DNA of 64,000 nucleotides from a virus (Duplodnaviria; Caudoviricetes): IMG/VR virus record IMGVR_UViG_2974692648_000001, positions 128,001 to 192,000 of that record; one strand, 5' to 3'. Shown piece by piece: positions 59,748 to 64,000 of this stretch (position 1 is its first letter; each line of letters starts with the position of its first letter). The notes under the pieces were generated by a model. It saw only the letters and a program-made list of their open reading frames with translations, ran no database searches and was not told where the DNA came from. The position numbers and the translations under genes were made by a program.

Positions 59748-60626
59748 ATGTTTTCTAATGCTTACGACACATACGTGGGTAAACCATTAGCACACCTAGA
59801 CCACGTCCCTTCTACGCTGAAACGTTTAGCGTTAATGAAAGACTTGGTAGACATGGGTGACGGTGTGCACACTATTAACCACAATAATGGTCAAGGTATC
59901 CCTTTCCTTAACTTCCCTCTCTCTATGGTGGGTCTAAACCGCAAACCAATTACGGTAATGGATGATCGCCCCTACACAAACAAAAACGGTCTGGTGACTA
60001 ACAACTCTGAGCGCACCGCTCTGTTGGTTACTGCTTTCGTGCAACAAGACGTCATTGAAGGTAACTTGAGTACCATTCGTTCTACTTCATCTGTAGTGGG
60101 TCGAGCTGTTTCCCGAGCTTGGGGTAGTCAGATCGTTCGTACCGCAGGTTTAGAAGAAGAGAAAGCACTTAGCATTTACGTTATCCTAATGCACTACTAC
60201 AACTGTCTTATTAATAAAGATGAAGGTGACTTGATCTTTGTTACACAAAACATGTGCCAACAAGCCATGGGTATCCCTCGTAACCGCAGCCTTGAAGTTC
60301 TGGAACAAATTGGTTACATCAATACACTTCCTCAGCTGCATGAGACTTTGGTTAACTACCCAGGCATGTACAAGCTGAAGAACCTTAAGTTGAAAGACTT
60401 GGTTGCACTAGGTCAACGTATCTGGTATTCGGCGACAGGTAAACAGATTGTTGGTGCAGGTCTGGAACATCCACCATTGTTAATCGGGATGTGTGCGGCA
60501 ACCGTGGCTAACAAAAACGCTTACGGTAAAACACCACTAGGAATGCAGCTGGATCCTAAGTACAATGAGAAAGGTAACCGTTCATTAATGATGACTATCA
60601 CTAACTCTTACCCTATCATTCTTTAA
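59748..60626 (+). CDS. virion structural protein (phiKZ gp28-like)
   Basis: Divergent from the sheath gene; AYDT start and LEHPP motif. Confidence 0.65.
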   Translation: MFSNAYDTYVGKPLAHLDHVPSTLKRLALMKDLVDMGDGVHTINHNNGQGIPFLNFPLSMVGLNRKPITVMDDRPYTNKNGLVTNNSERTALLVTAFVQQDVIEGNLSTIRSTSSVVGRAVSRAWGSQIVRTAGLEEEKALSIYVILMHYYNCLINKDEGDLIFVTQNMCQQAMGIPRNRSLEVLEQIGYINTLPQLHETLVNYPGMYKLKNLKLKDLVALGQRIWYSATGKQIVGAGLEHPPLLIGMCAATVANKNAYGKTPLGMQLDPKYNEKGNRSLMMTITNSYPIIL

Positions 60627-60650
60627 CTATCACACGTCCAAGGGGTCTTT

Positions 60651-63233
60651 ATGACAGCCAATAACTACAGCAGCCCCTTAGCGCGTTACGCCATTAAAGA
60701 GATGTACTCTAACCCTGGGGTGGCTCGTCAGTTTCAATTGCAGCTGACGCAGGTCTCCCCGGACGTTGGGTATATCAACGTCTTCCAATTCATGGGGCGT
60801 TATATTAAAACACCGATCGAACGAGAATACTTTTTGATGTTTAACATGGCGGGCTTTGACGGCTCGACATGGAACTTCAAAGACTTACTCACCAGAGTAG
60901 ACCCGGTGAACAAATGGATTAACGTAGCTAAGATCTGTAAAGATCGCGGGATGATTATCGACATCTATGGAGATGACGGTCGTCTATACCCTAGGGATAA
61001 ATGTTGGGTGATGTCTACTTATGACGGACAACACATCCTTGCTATCCAAAAACTAAGGGCTTTCAAATACGGTTGGGAACAAGCACGTTACTTACACTGC
61101 TATACAGTCCAGACCGATTTGTACAACCCAGTAACTAATCCTGATAATAAAGACTGGCCTCGCTTTACTTCTAACAATGGCAACAGTGTTGAAGAAAAAG
61201 ATCGAATGAAGATCATTTACAGCGAGTACAAAAACCTTCCAGGATTGACCTCTGTTTATTTGAACGGGTATTTGTGGAATGGCTTCCCTAGTGATAGTCA
61301 GCTACTAGGTTCAGAGACCATCGAGATCACCAACGACCCGAGTGTTTGGAAAACTGAGACCTACGCCATTGATTCCCTACAGAACTTTTATTCTATCCGG
61401 GATGAAACTCGTAAGCTTATCATCCACCCTAAGAAAGAAGAAGGGGACTTCCTTTACCGTTACGTTTCAGACGTTTCGTTCTACTTAGTGGAAGGAAAGG
61501 GACGTGGCATTTACTTGCATCGAAACCGAGCTAGTAACTTCCGTCAGTTAACACACCGAGACTTTGCTGTGGATTCTACCTTAGTGGATGACATGAGTAA
61601 CTTGGAAGACATGTTAAAGGACGAAACACGCTACTTGCGATTGGTGTATCGTAAAAACGATTATGCTCAAGAAATGCAGCACGAGTCTAGCGGAGTTCGT
61701 TATTTGTACCGCATGAATGACCAAAACATCGTCGGTGCGTTAGTAGGAATTAACTCCACGGTGGAAGAGTGGAAAGCAGCCAACCTAGAGAACGCTGAAA
61801 CTAACCTTTACTTAGACCGCCCTTACGGTGAGTTAACTCACGAGCAAGCGGTGGAAGCGATTGGGTATAACCGAGCAACTCAGGTGTTGTGTGGCACACC
61901 CGTTTCTTATGACCCTACTAGTGGAATGGAACTGGATGTACCTCCAGCGTGTCGAGAACACTTGACGTTATTTGAATATGACGCAGACGGCTTGTTCTTA
62001 AGAATGCGGGACTTCGCCAAGATACGACACGTGTTACCTTCACCGGACGCTCACCTGGTTGAATTCTATCCTGGGAAACCTGGCTTACGAATCCACATGG
62101 ATATCGGTCGGGACACGATGGTGGTGGATAAAAACACAACCCCGCGTTTTTATTACCAGAAAGTCACTACCGAAGGTAATTTGGTTGGGGAACGTTTCTA
62201 CGCGGTGGAAGGGGAACACTACACCTTTGACCGTGAAACTGGTACGGTCAACTGGGGATTACCTAGTTCCATGTTTATTGGCATGATTTTGTACAATGAC
62301 CAAACGTTGTACAAAGAGTTTACTCTAGATCATATCGATAACTCATTGTCTTTCAGTGTTACCGAGGAATGGGTGCAAGGCGGGATGCTTACTGATGTTG
62401 CCCCGGCTAACATCATGGTGATTATGAATCGTCGCTCGTTAATTGAAAATGTCGATTACGTGGTTCGTTTCCCTCACATCTATATTGTGAATCACCAGTA
62501 CCTGAAAGCTGACGGTAATGACTTCGTACTTTATTGTAGCGAGTGGAGTCCTATTAGTGATACAGAGCCTGTAGAGCAAACTGAGCTTGGTTACGTTACA
62601 GGTGGGGTGATTGGTCACAATACTCGCTACAACATCCGAGAGGACCGTGTGACGCGCACTACCATAGGTGGTAAAGTTTGGGATCCACTGAAAGTACCGG
62701 TTGCGGAGTTACATCCCCCTAGTGAGTTATTAAACCCGTACAATGGTCTTCCTTATGGTGTGAAACACTGGTACTTACCAATTCGTGATTGGGTTCCTTA
62801 TGACCTGACAGCAGGATGGAAAGAAGCTCGGGACCAAGACAAACGTATGAGTGATTACTTGACGTTGTTTGCCCGTAAACCAGAACCAGAAGTAATTCCA
62901 AGTTTGATGGACAAGTATCGAGTATTCAGTCCCTTTATGAATGCGGTTGTTAACCAGATACTTTTAGGTTTAATCGAACTGGATGACCTACCTCCGGGGG
63001 AATCTTACTCGGAAGACTATGTATTGCGTAAAACAGCGGAGTTCCAATGGTTGTTAGAACACGACCCCGTTACTCGCAACTACGATAGACGGTACTTTGC
63101 CGTATTCCCTTATGTTCAACAAACGATGGTTTCGGTTACTCCTAAGGAACTCATCTTCATCCGACGTATTAACGAGGTGTTCTTACAAAGCCGCGTTAAT
63201 ATAAATGGACACTTTGAGGTTAAACATGTTTGA
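60651..63233 (+). CDS. virion structural/baseplate-region protein (phiKZ gp27-like)
   Basis: 860 aa; RQLTHRD, GYN.AT and YRVFSPF motifs; synteny. Confidence 0.7.
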   Translation: MTANNYSSPLARYAIKEMYSNPGVARQFQLQLTQVSPDVGYINVFQFMGRYIKTPIEREYFLMFNMAGFDGSTWNFKDLLTRVDPVNKWINVAKICKDRGMIIDIYGDDGRLYPRDKCWVMSTYDGQHILAIQKLRAFKYGWEQARYLHCYTVQTDLYNPVTNPDNKDWPRFTSNNGNSVEEKDRMKIIYSEYKNLPGLTSVYLNGYLWNGFPSDSQLLGSETIEITNDPSVWKTETYAIDSLQNFYSIRDETRKLIIHPKKEEGDFLYRYVSDVSFYLVEGKGRGIYLHRNRASNFRQLTHRDFAVDSTLVDDMSNLEDMLKDETRYLRLVYRKNDYAQEMQHESSGVRYLYRMNDQNIVGALVGINSTVEEWKAANLENAETNLYLDRPYGELTHEQAVEAIGYNRATQVLCGTPVSYDPTSGMELDVPPACREHLTLFEYDADGLFLRMRDFAKIRHVLPSPDAHLVEFYPGKPGLRIHMDIGRDTMVVDKNTTPRFYYQKVTTEGNLVGERFYAVEGEHYTFDRETGTVNWGLPSSMFIGMILYNDQTLYKEFTLDHIDNSLSFSVTEEWVQGGMLTDVAPANIMVIMNRRSLIENVDYVVRFPHIYIVNHQYLKADGNDFVLYCSEWSPISDTEPVEQTELGYVTGGVIGHNTRYNIREDRVTRTTIGGKVWDPLKVPVAELHPPSELLNPYNGLPYGVKHWYLPIRDWVPYDLTAGWKEARDQDKRMSDYLTLFARKPEPEVIPSLMDKYRVFSPFMNAVVNQILLGLIELDDLPPGESYSEDYVLRKTAEFQWLLEHDPVTRNYDRRYFAVFPYVQQTMVSVTPKELIFIRRINEVFLQSRVNINGHFEVKHV

Positions 63234-64000
63234 GAAAGATTTAAAAAGTCCCTCTCAGTCATCCGTCATTCCGGGAGCTGGTCCACAGCTCCCTAATGAA
63301 AATGACCGTGGGCGTATGCACTATATCTGGGAGATTTATGATCCAGATACAGTGAAACCGGGTGAAGCGCATCGTTATGTAGTTCCCCGAGAAAAAGAAA
63401 TCGTAATTGATCCTATCGCAGAAAAGAACTACGTGGTCACCCGCGTTAACTGGGAATCGGATTTAAAATCTACACTGGAACCTATCTTTGATAATGGTGA
63501 AGGCGATGGTGGTGCGGATGGCATCTTTGGCCTCCCTTCTGGTTTCCAAGGTGAGGCTGTCGTTGCAATTGACTACTCAGTCCGTCCTAACCGTGCTGTG
63601 ATCGATGGTCAGGTTATGGCTCCGGGCGCGGCGTACGCGTTGTTGTACGAAGGCAACACCGTAGGAGATGACGGCAAAGTTATCTCTGTTGTATACTCTA
63701 ACAACAACCAGTTAGTATCGAACCGCGTCCCAGTTACACTGGCAGCTTACCATGAGCTCAGCAACAAAGAGATCATGATTACTCAACCGTTCTCTGTGAA
63801 CCGTAATCCTGATGAGTTGCCGGATGGGGCACGCTGTACTTTGGTTTGGTACGATATCAACGGTAACGTGATTCCTAAAGCCCGTACGTTGTCAGTCCAA
63901 CACACTGCAATGATGCGTGACCACCAAGTTGGTAAACGTTACATCACCCGTGTCGAGCTCGTGGCTCCTTGGTTCCTGAACACCAGTGATCCTAAAACGC
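63226..64000 (+). CDS. virion structural protein (phiKZ gp26-like), partial
   Basis: Not in the track. GAGG RBS, ATG 63226, MFEKDLKSP...; appears open to the window end. Confidence 0.7.
   Translation, partial: MFEKDLKSPSQSSVIPGAGPQLPNENDRGRMHYIWEIYDPDTVKPGEAHRYVVPREKEIVIDPIAEKNYVVTRVNWESDLKSTLEPIFDNGEGDGGADGIFGLPSGFQGEAVVAIDYSVRPNRAVIDGQVMAPGAAYALLYEGNTVGDDGKVISVVYSNNNQLVSNRVPVTLAAYHELSNKEIMITQPFSVNRNPDELPDGARCTLVWYDINGNVIPKARTLSVQHTAMMRDHQVGKRYITRVELVAPWFLNTSDPKT

Noticed and set aside
1-64000. CRISPR array, tRNA or rRNA genes
   Set aside because: No regularly spaced repeats or cloverleaf candidates seen; intergenic gaps are short and explained by promoters and terminators.

Overview
This is a 64-kb slice of a phiKZ/EL-like (Chimalliviridae-type) jumbo phage genome. 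A Vibrio-type ThyA suggests a Vibrio or related host. Core blocks encode: a partial SF2/SNF2 helicase carrying an Ala1 intein; an RNase H-like protein, UvsX and the virion RNA polymerase (vRNAP) beta-C subunit; a tape measure protein with a GH19 lysozyme domain; vRNAP beta'-N interrupted by a group I intron with an HNH endonuclease; vRNAP beta-N; endolysin; prohead protease; and tail tube, sheath and baseplate-region genes. Between these lie early-promoter-driven accessory islands made of paralog families: Ig-like N-terminal proteins, membrane-anchored proteins, a duplicated Ntn-protease plus partner module, and papain-like pairs. The most striking observation is that the intron sits inside the vRNAP catalytic DxDGD motif. 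No cis-splice junction I could build restores the motif, and the ~12-nt xDGD coding segment is absent between the exons. This points to a missing or trans-supplied micro-exon, or to an assembly collapse. All homology calls come from motif recognition and recalled gene order, not database searches.
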